Source of the DNA: Elusimicrobiaceae bacterium
GTDB taxonomy: Bacteria > Elusimicrobiota > Elusimicrobia > Elusimicrobiales > Elusimicrobiaceae
DNA: 64,000 nucleotides
Direction of reading: 5' to 3'
Assembly (NCBI GenBank): GCA_017534965.1
Contig: JAFXVA010000008.1
Span: forward strand, 75,409 to 139,408
Below the pieces are notes generated by a model. That model made no database searches. It saw only the letters and a program-made list of their open reading frames with translations, and had not been told where the DNA came from. Shown piece by piece: positions 18,633-28,437 of this stretch; positions within the stretch are counted from its first letter, which is position 1, and each line of letters starts with the position of its first letter. The position numbers and the translations under genes are program-made.

Positions 18633-19424
18633 ATGGATATTAATAGTTATAAAAAATCTAATTTTGGTTTGGCTTTTTCTTTTTTATCAAAAGAACAAAG
18701 AGAGGCCTTAAGTATTGTTTATGCTTTTTGCCGCTATGCAGATGACATTGTGGATGACCACATGGAACAAGCCCCCAAATTGCTTGAAGAATTAAGAGCA
18801 GATTTAACTATGCCAAATACAGAATTTGCTATTCAACTTGAAAAAGTTATAGAGAGTTTTTCCATACCTAAAGAATATTTTTTTGATTTAATTGACGGCG
18901 TAGAATATGATTTAAAAACGCCTGTCCGTTTTGAAACTTTTAAAGATTTGGAGTGGTATATCTATAGAGTCGCAGGAGTTGTGGGGCTAATGTGCATCCA
19001 TATTTTTGGTTTTAAAAATCCAAACACAAAAGAATATGCCGTAACTCTTGCTAAAGCGGTGCAGATGACAAATATTTTAAGAGATATCGCCGAAGACAGC
19101 AAAATCGGACGCCTCTATTTGCCCCTTGAAGATTTAAGAAAATTTAATGTAACACAAGAAGATATCTTACAAATAAAAGATACCCCTCAAATATCAAAAC
19201 TGCTTGCTTTTGAGAGAGAAAGGACCGAAGAATTTTACACTCATGCAAACCTTATTTTGCCAAAAGAAGATTTTAAAAATATGCTTGCAGCACGAGTAAT
19301 GGGAAATGTTTACAAAGCAATTTTTAATAAAACAAAACCTTGTAAAATATTTAAACATAAATTAAAATTAAATAAGATACAAAAAATATTTGTCGTTTTA
19401 AAAACCTGGAGTCAACCGAAATGA
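18633..19424 (+). CDS. squalene/phytoene synthase family protein
   Basis: 263 aa with YAFCRYADDIVDD (first Asp-rich motif) and NILRDIAEDSKIGRLYLP (second motif). Confidence 0.8.
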   Translation: MDINSYKKSNFGLAFSFLSKEQREALSIVYAFCRYADDIVDDHMEQAPKLLEELRADLTMPNTEFAIQLEKVIESFSIPKEYFFDLIDGVEYDLKTPVRFETFKDLEWYIYRVAGVVGLMCIHIFGFKNPNTKEYAVTLAKAVQMTNILRDIAEDSKIGRLYLPLEDLRKFNVTQEDILQIKDTPQISKLLAFERERTEEFYTHANLILPKEDFKNMLAARVMGNVYKAIFNKTKPCKIFKHKLKLNKIQKIFVVLKTWSQPK

Positions 19425-20761
19425 AGTTATTTTTTATATTTTCTTTTATCTTTTTCTTCACTAATATTTTTGCCCAAGATACACAAAAATGCCTTAATAA
19501 AAGCAAAGAGTTTTTTGAACAAAAAGAATATTCTTATGCACAAAAAACTTTGGAAAGTTGCCTAAAAAATGATCCTAAGAATGTAGATGTTTTAGTGAGT
19601 CTTGGCGGTGTTTGTATGAAACAAAACAACTACAATGAGGCCATAAAATATTTTAAAGAATCTTTAAAAAATATGGCAAAAACTTCCCCTTATGTTTCTT
19701 ATGTCTATGCAAGAATAGGCGACTCTTATTCTCACTTACAAGATTTTACACGCGCTGCAAATTATTATGAGGCCTCTTTAAATTATGAACCGGCAAATAT
19801 AAATTCTTTAGTGGGAAAAGGTATTTGCGAAGAAAAAAAAGGAAATATACAAAAAGCAGCAGAATATTTTAAAAAAGCACTTGCTGTAGATTTTACTAAT
19901 TTAATAGCAAGAGAAAGATTGATTGCTTTAGAACCACAAGTTCTTTCCTACGAAGAGCTTATAAGCACTATGAAGGAAAGAAATATTCTTGACCCTAATG
20001 CCGTAACTTATCAACCGCAAGATTTAGATTTGTTAACTAAAATGATTAATGCGGAAAAAGATAATGCTATTACTTACCTCAGCAGCAAATATAATAATAG
20101 AATACCGCCAGGATTAATTATTGAGAAATTCCCCGGTAAAATATATTCCCGCAAAATACTTACTTACAGCGGTTATAAAGACTTAATGTTTTTACTTTCA
20201 AAAGAAGCCATTGATTTCTTTATTAAAAATAAAGTTTACAAAAGCGAAATTTTAAAACTACGCGACTTGAACGGAAATAATATTTTTACAGATAAAGGCC
20301 TTTTGACAGAAGAAGGTCTTGTTGCTTATACCCAAAGTTTAAGTGGGAAAAAAGCTTATTTGTTGCCTTCTGAACCTATACCCTCTGCAGCTAAAAAAGC
20401 AGAAATGAAAGTGCAAGAATTATTGAAACAAGGTTATATGGAAATTACAATTCTGGAATATGCTTATATAATGGAAAAATCGCGCTGCAACGAACAAACT
20501 TTAATAAAAACCGGAGTAAAAATTATACAGGGAGCCCCTAACAGAAATAGATTTTTAATAATTGATCAAATAAAAAAACCCTCTAAATTTGATTGTCCTG
20601 CTGACACACAGGTATGTTACTATAATATGGTTATGGAAAAGAGAAAACAAAAAAAAGACAGAGATAATACTCCTGTTTATACTTCCACTTTCGGAACAGG
20701 AGCAAAAGCATCCCCTCATATTTGTAAAGAAAATGGAACCTTGGAAAGCCTTGGAATATAA
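19421..20761 (+). CDS. TPR-repeat protein, secreted
   Basis: Signal peptide followed by several TPR-like repeats (AIKYFKESL, AANYYEASL, AAEYFKKAL). 4-nt overlap with the upstream gene. Confidence 0.7.
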   Translation: MKLFFIFSFIFFFTNIFAQDTQKCLNKSKEFFEQKEYSYAQKTLESCLKNDPKNVDVLVSLGGVCMKQNNYNEAIKYFKESLKNMAKTSPYVSYVYARIGDSYSHLQDFTRAANYYEASLNYEPANINSLVGKGICEEKKGNIQKAAEYFKKALAVDFTNLIARERLIALEPQVLSYEELISTMKERNILDPNAVTYQPQDLDLLTKMINAEKDNAITYLSSKYNNRIPPGLIIEKFPGKIYSRKILTYSGYKDLMFLLSKEAIDFFIKNKVYKSEILKLRDLNGNNIFTDKGLLTEEGLVAYTQSLSGKKAYLLPSEPIPSAAKKAEMKVQELLKQGYMEITILEYAYIMEKSRCNEQTLIKTGVKIIQGAPNRNRFLIIDQIKKPSKFDCPADTQVCYYNMVMEKRKQKKDRDNTPVYTSTFGTGAKASPHICKENGTLESLGI

Positions 20762-20780
20762 AACTAATATTAAAATGTAA

Positions 20781-20814
20781 AAAAATTCCCCGGCTTTTAT
20801 ACCGGGGAATTTTT
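20781..20814. terminator. bidirectional rho-independent terminator
   Basis: AAAAATTCCCCGG / CCGGGGAATTTTT hairpin between convergent genes. Confidence 0.8.
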
Positions 20815-20831
20815 ATATTTATAACCTTATT

Positions 20832-22115
20832 TTATTTTTTGCAAATTCCAGATTTATACATTTTTAAAAACAACTCTTGATCTACCTTGGAAACTTCTTC
20901 TGTTTGACTGCCTCCCATAGAAGAAAAAGAATCTTCGGAAATTTCTATTTTAGGACCATATTGTGTAAGTAAAGAAGAATAAGGTTGTAAATATTGCGCT
21001 AGTTGTTCGGCCGTTAAATTGCAGGATAAAGAATGGTCTTCTGTTTTGCCGTTTCTTGTCATTTTTAAAGTAAAAAGAACTTGGCAGGCATTATTTTTAA
21101 CAGAACTTTCTATTCCGCGAGTAATTTTAACTTTATCACTAAGAGAAAGCTCTTCTTTACCGCTTCCCAAACGCATATTTTGATCTTTGCTTTTGCTTAT
21201 TTGTTCACATTCACTTAAAGCAAATAATGTACCTTGGTATTTATAAGAAGGACTATAAGTCGCTCTTGTTTCGTCAGATAATAACTCGCCAAGCTCGTCA
21301 AAGCCGGATAAAGATAATTCATTATCGTTTAACAGGATATGAAATCCTTGCAAAACCACATGACATTTACCTTTTTCCTTACCTTTTATTTTAACTTTAT
21401 TCATTTCCATACCCATAACTTTTAAAACTTCGGTATCGGGTGTACAATTTTTTAAGGAATTTTTAAATTTATCGGAAAAAGCAAACATTTTATGTTGCAT
21501 TTCTTTTACATCATCTTTTGATAGTTCTTTTTCAATTACTTTACAAGAATTGTTTGCTATTTCTGCAAAAACAGCATCATATTCCCGTGCGGGCATCGTG
21601 ATTGTAACAAAATCACTCTTAGAGGTCCTTTCCTTTTTTTCTGTTGATTTATCGTTCATCGCGGCTACTAATTTTTGAATATCTTCTTCACTAAAAGAAC
21701 AATTAAAATCTTGAGATGCCGGCGAAGAATAATCATAGTTAAGAATTACTTGGCATTTGTCATTTTCTTTGCCCTTTATATCAAAAATCAATTTAAAAGA
21801 AGAAGTGTCTACTTCACCAAAGAACATTCTTAACATTGCGCCGGCTTCTTTCCTCATATCGGGATTTTTTGCATATATATCTTCTTTAAACGCAATGCAA
21901 TTTAACAAAGCATTTTTTAAATCTTCACTGAAATAGTAGGGCTGTGGATTGTCGGTATTATTATTTATAGTTTTGTCTATACTACTGGCAATATTAGAAA
22001 CAGCTTCTGTGGGAGAAGATCTTCCGTCTTCCAATTCTATCTCGGGCTTAGCTTCTTTTTGCGAACAAGCACAAATACTAAAAACGACAAAAAACATTAA
22101 TAATATTTTTTTCAT
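20832..22115 (-). CDS. hypothetical lipoprotein with internally repeated Cys-containing domain
   Basis: Lipobox FSICACSQ. Two to three repeats of a C..KGKExxKC.V.L..C motif module. Confidence 0.6.
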   Translation of the reverse strand: MKKILLMFFVVFSICACSQKEAKPEIELEDGRSSPTEAVSNIASSIDKTINNNTDNPQPYYFSEDLKNALLNCIAFKEDIYAKNPDMRKEAGAMLRMFFGEVDTSSFKLIFDIKGKENDKCQVILNYDYSSPASQDFNCSFSEEDIQKLVAAMNDKSTEKKERTSKSDFVTITMPAREYDAVFAEIANNSCKVIEKELSKDDVKEMQHKMFAFSDKFKNSLKNCTPDTEVLKVMGMEMNKVKIKGKEKGKCHVVLQGFHILLNDNELSLSGFDELGELLSDETRATYSPSYKYQGTLFALSECEQISKSKDQNMRLGSGKEELSLSDKVKITRGIESSVKNNACQVLFTLKMTRNGKTEDHSLSCNLTAEQLAQYLQPYSSLLTQYGPKIEISEDSFSSMGGSQTEEVSKVDQELFLKMYKSGICKK

Positions 22116-22172
22116 AAAAGATCCTCCATAAATGAGAATACTATATTACTAGATTTAAAGCAATAATTTAAT

Positions 22173-24626
22173 TTACGGAGGTGATAAATGGCCGATTTTA
22201 TCTTCAGTAGTAAAAGGGGTTTTGATATAAATAGAAGCGACTTCATCCATACCCCAAGATTCTTTGGCTTTTTTAATATTTTTATAAAGTTCCAAAGCAG
22301 ATTCTCTTTTGCCTAAAACATCATAAACTTGAGCAAGTCTTAAAAGGTTATTCATTTGCCAGCGGCTCATTTCTTGATTTTGGGTAGCTAAAATACTTTC
22401 TTCAAAAGTTTTAGCGGCCTCTTGCCACAAACCTTGCGCCATATAAGAAGTGCCGATTGCGCTATAAGTGCGGGCTATATAAATTTCTTTATAAAAATCT
22501 TCCTTGCCGATTTTAGATAAAAATTTGCGGGCAGAAGAAATAACTTCATCATAATTTTTGTTTTCATAATCGGTAATAATAGAAACAAATTCAAAAAGAG
22601 GATTTTGCGGATATTTTTGGCGGACTTCACTTATCAATTTTGCAGCGAGTTCGGGGTTATAATATTTTTCATTATGGATAGAAATTTCTACAAGTAAAAG
22701 TTTAGCCGTATCGGAAGAAAACTCCCCTTTATCCTTTATAATATTTAGATAGTCTATACCTTTTTGTGCGTTTGCACTGCCAACAAGTTTTGCAAGAACT
22801 TTAACAACAGCAGGGAGAGTGCCGGCATAATATTGATAAATGGCTTCGCCAAGGTAAGCGTCATACATTTCAGGCGAAAGTTTTGCCGCTTTATTCATAT
22901 ATTTTATACCTTTTTTACCGGCAAAATAGGCCTTTATATATTTGCGGTTAGCAAGATCAAAACGCGCTTTTACGCCGTAAATACCGCCAAGGGCAAGATA
23001 ATCTTGTGCGGTTGCGTCGTTTTCTTCAATAAATTCTTTTATACCTTCAATGGAAGAAGAAATTGCTTTTTCAAAAATTTCCGTTTGAGCGGGATTACTT
23101 TTTTCAAATTCATATTCAAAACGGGCCCACTCTATCATGGTTTTACCAAACAAAGCAATAGGATAATTGGGGCTTTTTTCAAGAATATAATTTATATCTT
23201 GCTCGGCTGTTTGAAAATCTAAATTATAAATAGCCGCCACGCCACTGCGTGCTTTTTGCATATAATCAGGTGGCATAGTAAAAGCATTACCTAATACAAA
23301 TGCTAGAGAGAATAAAAAACACAGGGAAAGTTTTCTAAACATTCTTTCTATTTTATCTTTGCCAAAATAAGGGCGCAAAGCTTCAGGGATAAGGATGGTT
23401 CCGTCTTTTTGCTGGTAATTTTCCAAAATAGCGGCAAAAGTTCTGCCTACTGCGATACCGCTTCCGTTTAAAGTATGCACGAATTGTGTGCCTTTGCCAT
23501 TTGCTTCTTTATAGCGAAGGTTCATTCTTCTTGCTTGGAAATCTGTGCAGTTAGAACAGGAAGAAATTTCCCTAAAACAATTTTGGCTTGGGAACCAAAC
23601 TTCCAAATCATAAGTTTTAGCGGAACTAAAACCCATATCACCGCTGGAAAGTAAAACTCTTTGATAAGGCAAACCTAAAGTTTGCAAAACTTTTTCTGCT
23701 TCACAAGTCATTTTTTCAAGAATTTCCATAGATTCTTGCGGTTTGCTTAACCACACCATTTCCACTTTATTAAATTGGTGATTTCTTATTAAACCGCGGG
23801 TATCTTTACCATAAGCACCGGCTTCTTTTCTAAAACAAGGGGTATAAGCGGTAAAAGCTTTAGGTAAATCTTTTTCCTGTAAAATCTGTCCACGATATAA
23901 ATTGGTTAAAGGAATTTCCGCTGTGGAAATAAGATATTGGTCTTCTTCGCCTTCCAAGTGATACATGTCTTCTTTAAATTTAGGAAGTTGCCCTGTGCCA
24001 AGTAACGCTGAAGCATTGATAATGGCAGGCGGCATGTATTCCATATAACCGGCTTGAGTATGCAAATCTATCATAAAGTTAATTAAAGATCTTTCTAAAC
24101 GGGCACCATCACCGCGTAAAAGAGCAAAGCGACTACCTGATAAAACAGACGCCGTTTGAAAATCTAAAATGCCAAGTTCTTCACCTAAAGCGTGGTGGTC
24201 TTTAGGTTCAAAATCAAATTTTGGCAAAGGCAAAGTATTTTCTTTTACAATAACATTTGCGCTTTCGTCCGGACCAACGGGAACAGATACATCAGGCAAG
24301 TTCGGTATCATAAGCATAAGTTTATCTATTTGGGCTTTAAGTTCGTTCATTTTAACATCAGACTCAGCCATTTCGTCTTTTAAAAGATTGGCTTGTTTCA
24401 TAATTTCTGCTGCAGCTTCCGGCCCTTCTTTAGCACGAACAACACCGATTTGTTTTGATAAATTATTGCGTTTTGCTCTTAAATCTTCTACTTTTTGAAG
24501 TTCCTTTTTATATTCTTGATATAAATTAACAACTTTAGCGGACTCTTCTTTTAATTTTGGATTTCTGTTGCCAAGGCGTTCTTGGACTTCTGTAGGGTTT
24601 GATACTAAAAATTTAATGTCTATCAT
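22173..24626 (-). CDS. serS: seryl-tRNA synthetase (aa 1-427) continuing in frame, with no stop, into a signal-peptide/TPR protein (aa 429-817)
   Basis: The N-terminal 427 aa are a complete class II SerRS: coiled-coil arm, TAEIPL, FRKEAG and GSGIAVGRT motifs, ending LIPEALRPYFGKDKIE. An in-frame Met at 23342-23340 starts MFRKLSLCFLFSLAFVLGNAFT plus TPR repeats. Confidence 0.85.
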   Translation of the reverse strand: MIDIKFLVSNPTEVQERLGNRNPKLKEESAKVVNLYQEYKKELQKVEDLRAKRNNLSKQIGVVRAKEGPEAAAEIMKQANLLKDEMAESDVKMNELKAQIDKLMLMIPNLPDVSVPVGPDESANVIVKENTLPLPKFDFEPKDHHALGEELGILDFQTASVLSGSRFALLRGDGARLERSLINFMIDLHTQAGYMEYMPPAIINASALLGTGQLPKFKEDMYHLEGEEDQYLISTAEIPLTNLYRGQILQEKDLPKAFTAYTPCFRKEAGAYGKDTRGLIRNHQFNKVEMVWLSKPQESMEILEKMTCEAEKVLQTLGLPYQRVLLSSGDMGFSSAKTYDLEVWFPSQNCFREISSCSNCTDFQARRMNLRYKEANGKGTQFVHTLNGSGIAVGRTFAAILENYQQKDGTILIPEALRPYFGKDKIERMFRKLSLCFLFSLAFVLGNAFTMPPDYMQKARSGVAAIYNLDFQTAEQDINYILEKSPNYPIALFGKTMIEWARFEYEFEKSNPAQTEIFEKAISSSIEGIKEFIEENDATAQDYLALGGIYGVKARFDLANRKYIKAYFAGKKGIKYMNKAAKLSPEMYDAYLGEAIYQYYAGTLPAVVKVLAKLVGSANAQKGIDYLNIIKDKGEFSSDTAKLLLVEISIHNEKYYNPELAAKLISEVRQKYPQNPLFEFVSIITDYENKNYDEVISSARKFLSKIGKEDFYKEIYIARTYSAIGTSYMAQGLWQEAAKTFEESILATQNQEMSRWQMNNLLRLAQVYDVLGKRESALELYKNIKKAKESWGMDEVASIYIKTPFTTEDKIGHLSPP

Positions 24627-24859
24627 AAATCTCCTTTTTTTAAATCTTCAATAGAATAAGGTTTTGGAAAATATTTTTTTAAAGAATCTGTTTTTTCTTT
24701 GCTTTCATCAACAACAAGAGCGGCAAGAGTATCTGCGCTAACAGGCAAAAAGAACATCTGCCTAACTAAAAAAACAGCTATTAATAGAAAAATTGCTATC
24801 AATACTATCCAAAAAAACGGACCGATTTTAGGTTTTTCTATTAAAGTATTTTCTTCCAT
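24623..24859 (-). CDS. small membrane protein (hypothetical)
   Basis: 78 aa with one TM helix (FFWIVLIAIFLLIAVFLV). ATGA overlap with the serS start. Confidence 0.5.
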   Translation of the reverse strand: MEENTLIEKPKIGPFFWIVLIAIFLLIAVFLVRQMFFLPVSADTLAALVVDESKEKTDSLKKYFPKPYSIEDLKKGDL

Positions 24860-24952
24860 TTTGTAATCTTTATATAAATATCCTTTATAAATTTGGGATA
24901 AAATATCCCTTAAATACTATTATATCACTTTAATATTTAATAAAATATAAGT

Positions 24953-25558
24953 ATGGATAAAAAAACAACAGAAATTTTAAAAAGAGCAAAAAAGATTAAA
25001 ATGCTGATTACAGATGTTGACGGCGTTTTAACGGATGCTACTATGAACTTTTTTGCAACTCCTTCCGGAAAAATTGCAGAAGTAAAAAAGTTTTGTGCTT
25101 ATGACGGCCTTGCCTGCCATATGCTAAGAGACGGCGGTATAAAAAGTGCCATAATAACCGGCGGAAATGCTCCCGCAACAGAAAACAGAGCCGCAAGTTT
25201 AGGTATGGATTTTTTATATTATAATTTCCTTTCAAAAGGAATTGCCTTAAAAGATTTACTTAAAAAATCCGGCTTAAAAGCAGAAGAAGTTGCTTTTATA
25301 GGTGATGATTTTATTGATATGCCCGCTATGCTTGAAGCAGGACTTGCCTGCGCTGTTAAAAGTTCTATACCGGAAGTTAAAAAAATTGCCCACTATATAA
25401 CAAAAAGAGAAGGCGGTAAAGGTGCTTTTAGAGAAGTGGCAGAGTTATTATTAAAAGCACAAGGCAAATGGAAACAAACCCTTGAAAATGCAAAAATCGG
25501 AAATATCGGAAAAACCCCTAAACCAAAACTTCAGGTTGTTGATTATAAACAAAAATAA
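24953..25558 (+). CDS. KdsC-family HAD phosphatase (3-deoxy-D-manno-octulosonate-8-phosphate phosphatase-like)
   Basis: LITDVDGVLTD and GDDFIDMP HAD-IIIA/YrbI motifs. Confidence 0.8.
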   Translation: MDKKTTEILKRAKKIKMLITDVDGVLTDATMNFFATPSGKIAEVKKFCAYDGLACHMLRDGGIKSAIITGGNAPATENRAASLGMDFLYYNFLSKGIALKDLLKKSGLKAEEVAFIGDDFIDMPAMLEAGLACAVKSSIPEVKKIAHYITKREGGKGAFREVAELLLKAQGKWKQTLENAKIGNIGKTPKPKLQVVDYKQK

Positions 25559-25600
25559 TCTTTAGTTTTGTTAAATGATAAAATATATATAGGGGATTAT

Positions 25601-26641
25601 ATGGATATATCGCACCTGAGTTTTGTATTATTAACTATTATTGTTCTTTCGGCTTTGTTTTTGCCTTTTTTGTGGCATAAGGCAGAAGAAGAACTTGAAA
25701 TATTTTTATTTTGTCTTGGTGTGCTTGCCACAACGGCAAGTTCTTGCTGGTCTTGGGACTTAATAAAACATACTCTTGCCCACCCTATAGCAATTTCACT
25801 GGCCGTATTAATCACAGGTTTATTATTTAATTTCTTTAAAGACAAAATAACCTATTGTGTGGAATTTTGTTCCGAAAAATTCGGCCTAAAAAGAACAATC
25901 TTTTGGGCTGTTGTTTTATTATCTTTTCTTTCAAGTATCATAACGGCAATTATTGCTGCTTTAATTTTGTGCGAAATCGTTTTTGCTTTAAGAATTAACC
26001 GCAAAGATTCCTTAAAAGTTATTGTTATGGGCTGTTTTGCTATAGGTGTAGGTGCCGTTTTAACCCGTATAGGAGAACCCCTTTCCGTAATAGTTATTGA
26101 TAAACTTTCCGGTCCGCCACATTATGCCGGTTTCTTCTTTTTACTTAAACTTTTATGGCCTTATATTATACCTGCAATTTTATTTTTTGCTTATATGGCA
26201 AGCCGTATTTCCGGCACTCAAAATAAAACTAAACAACGCATGGAAAAAGAAACTTTTAGTGTTATCTTTTTGCGTGCGGGAAAAATTTACCTTTTTATTA
26301 TGGCTCTTGTTTTGTTTGGGGAAGGTCTTTCCCCTCTTGCAAGGGCTACTATACAGAAACTTCCGCCAAGTTTTCTATATTGGGCTAACTCTTTTTCCGC
26401 AATTTTAGATAATGCAACTTTAGCCGCAGCAGAAATTGTGCCGGAAATGACAACGGCACAAATTGAATTTTTACTTATTGCTTTAATTATCTCAGGAGGG
26501 TTTTTAATACCGGGCAATATACCAAATATTATTTGTGCCTCAAAATTTAAAATTAAAAGCAGCGATTGGGCAAGACTTGCTTTGCCTGTTGGACTTGGTA
26601 TAATGTTTATATACTTTATTATTCTTAATATATTTGCTTAA
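25601..26641 (+). CDS. polytopic membrane protein (putative transporter, unknown specificity)
   Basis: About 10 hydrophobic segments. ATG at 25601 is preceded by AGGGGA and is preferred over the TTG at 25568. Confidence 0.6.
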   Translation: MDISHLSFVLLTIIVLSALFLPFLWHKAEEELEIFLFCLGVLATTASSCWSWDLIKHTLAHPIAISLAVLITGLLFNFFKDKITYCVEFCSEKFGLKRTIFWAVVLLSFLSSIITAIIAALILCEIVFALRINRKDSLKVIVMGCFAIGVGAVLTRIGEPLSVIVIDKLSGPPHYAGFFFLLKLLWPYIIPAILFFAYMASRISGTQNKTKQRMEKETFSVIFLRAGKIYLFIMALVLFGEGLSPLARATIQKLPPSFLYWANSFSAILDNATLAAAEIVPEMTTAQIEFLLIALIISGGFLIPGNIPNIICASKFKIKSSDWARLALPVGLGIMFIYFIILNIFA

Positions 26642-26661
26642 CTATATGTAAGGAGAAAATA

Positions 26662-27303
26662 ATGATAGAAAATTCCGAAATTGTTTTGCGTTTAATAACC
26701 GCTTTAGTTTTTGGCGGAATTATAGGGCTTGAAAGACAATATCACGATAAACCTGCCGGCTTTGCAACCAATACTCTTATTTGCGTAGGTTCAGCCGTAT
26801 TTGCTTTACTATCCATACTTTCTGCTTATTATCTTGGCGGTGATCCGGCAAGAATTGCCGCACAAATTGTGGCCGGTGTCGGCTTTTTGGGTGCCGGTTC
26901 TATTTTAAGAGATGGTAATAAAATTTCCGGCTTAACTACCGCTGCCGGTATTTGGCTTGTAGCAGCTGTCGGCATGGCTGTTGGCTATGGTTATTACTTT
27001 ATCGGTGCGGTGGCAACCGGTTGTGTTTTAGGATTACAACTTTTTGTGCGCAAATTAATGAATACTTTTGATTATGTGCAACTTTATGATTCTTTAACAA
27101 TAAAATGCACGCCAAATTGGAAATTTGTAGAAAAAATAAAATCCGTTTTTAAAAATAATGATGCTGAAATTATTAAGGAGGAAGTCTATAAAGAAAATGG
27201 CTTACTTGTTTTGAAAATGGTTGTAAATATGTCTGCAACTAAATATCAAAATATTGTAAAAGAGTTGGCACCTTTAGAAGATGTCAAATTAATAGACAAA
27301 TAA
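26662..27303 (+). CDS. MgtC/SapB family membrane protein
   Basis: GGIIGLERQYHDKPAGFATNTLICVGSA is the MgtC signature. C-terminal soluble ACT-like domain. Confidence 0.85.
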   Translation: MIENSEIVLRLITALVFGGIIGLERQYHDKPAGFATNTLICVGSAVFALLSILSAYYLGGDPARIAAQIVAGVGFLGAGSILRDGNKISGLTTAAGIWLVAAVGMAVGYGYYFIGAVATGCVLGLQLFVRKLMNTFDYVQLYDSLTIKCTPNWKFVEKIKSVFKNNDAEIIKEEVYKENGLLVLKMVVNMSATKYQNIVKELAPLEDVKLIDK

Positions 27304-27305
27304 TT

Positions 27306-28436
27306 ATGAGTGAAACTATAACTAAAAATGTACCCCTATTTAATTTAAAAGAACAACATGATAGTTTAAAAAAAGAAATTAACCAAGCCGCTTTAGAGGC
27401 CCTAAATTCTATGAAGTGGTTGCTTGGTCCTAAAACCCAAGAGTTTGAACAAAATTTTGCAAAAGCATTAAATGCAAAATATTGTATTACCTGCTCCTCC
27501 GGGGCAAGTGCCATACAAATTGCTTTAATGGCAGCCGGTATCGGCAAAGGCGATGAAGTTATTACAACACCTTTTACTTTTGTGGCAACAACAACCTCAA
27601 TTACTTTAACAGGGGCAACCTTTGTTTTTGCCGATATTGACCCAAAAACTTATGAACTTGACCCCGAAGATGTTAAACGCAAAATTACTTCTAAAACAAA
27701 AGCAATAGTTCCGGTGCATTTATATGGCTACCCAGCCAATATGCCGGCAATTATGAAAATTGCTAAAGAACATAATTTAAAGGTTATTGAAGACTGCGCC
27801 CAAAGCCACCTTGCTATGTGCGAAAATAAATATACCGGCACCTGGGGAAACGCCGGTGCATTTAGTTTTTACCCTAGCAAAAACCTTGGCGGTTGCGGTG
27901 ATGGCGGCGCAATTATTACTAATGATGAAAAAATTGCCCAGGCCTGCCAAAGCATACGCCACAGCGGCAGAAGTGTGGGCAAGGCCTATGAATATGACCG
28001 CGAAGGTTCAACTTTAAGAATGGACGAAATCCAAGCCGCTATTTTAGATGTTAAACTTAAACATCTTGCAAAGTGGACTGAAAACCGCCAAAAAGTTGCC
28101 GCCCTTTACAGAAAACATTTAGCAGGTATTCCTCAAATAACTTTGCCGCCCGAAGCACCAAAAGGGTGGAGCCAATGCTATTATGTTTTTACCATCCGCG
28201 TTAAAGATAGAGATGCTTTAAGCGCTTATTTAAAAGAACACGGTATTGGTAATGCAGTTTACTATCCTGTGCCTTTATATAAACAGCCTTGCTATAAACA
28301 TTTAAACTGCAAGACGGAAGATTACCCCAATACCGAAAGTGCCGCAAAGGAAGTTCTTTCTATCCCGATGTTCCCGGAACTCAAAGAAGAAGATGTTATG
28401 TATGTGGCAAAGACAATAAAAGAGTTCTATAAATAA
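27306..28436 (+). CDS. DegT/DnrJ/EryC1/StrS family aminotransferase (sugar aminotransferase)
   Basis: 376 aa with a PLP-dependent fold and the FYPSKNLG lysine motif. Confidence 0.9.
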   Translation: MSETITKNVPLFNLKEQHDSLKKEINQAALEALNSMKWLLGPKTQEFEQNFAKALNAKYCITCSSGASAIQIALMAAGIGKGDEVITTPFTFVATTTSITLTGATFVFADIDPKTYELDPEDVKRKITSKTKAIVPVHLYGYPANMPAIMKIAKEHNLKVIEDCAQSHLAMCENKYTGTWGNAGAFSFYPSKNLGGCGDGGAIITNDEKIAQACQSIRHSGRSVGKAYEYDREGSTLRMDEIQAAILDVKLKHLAKWTENRQKVAALYRKHLAGIPQITLPPEAPKGWSQCYYVFTIRVKDRDALSAYLKEHGIGNAVYYPVPLYKQPCYKHLNCKTEDYPNTESAAKEVLSIPMFPELKEEDVMYVAKTIKEFYK

Positions 28437-28437
28437 A

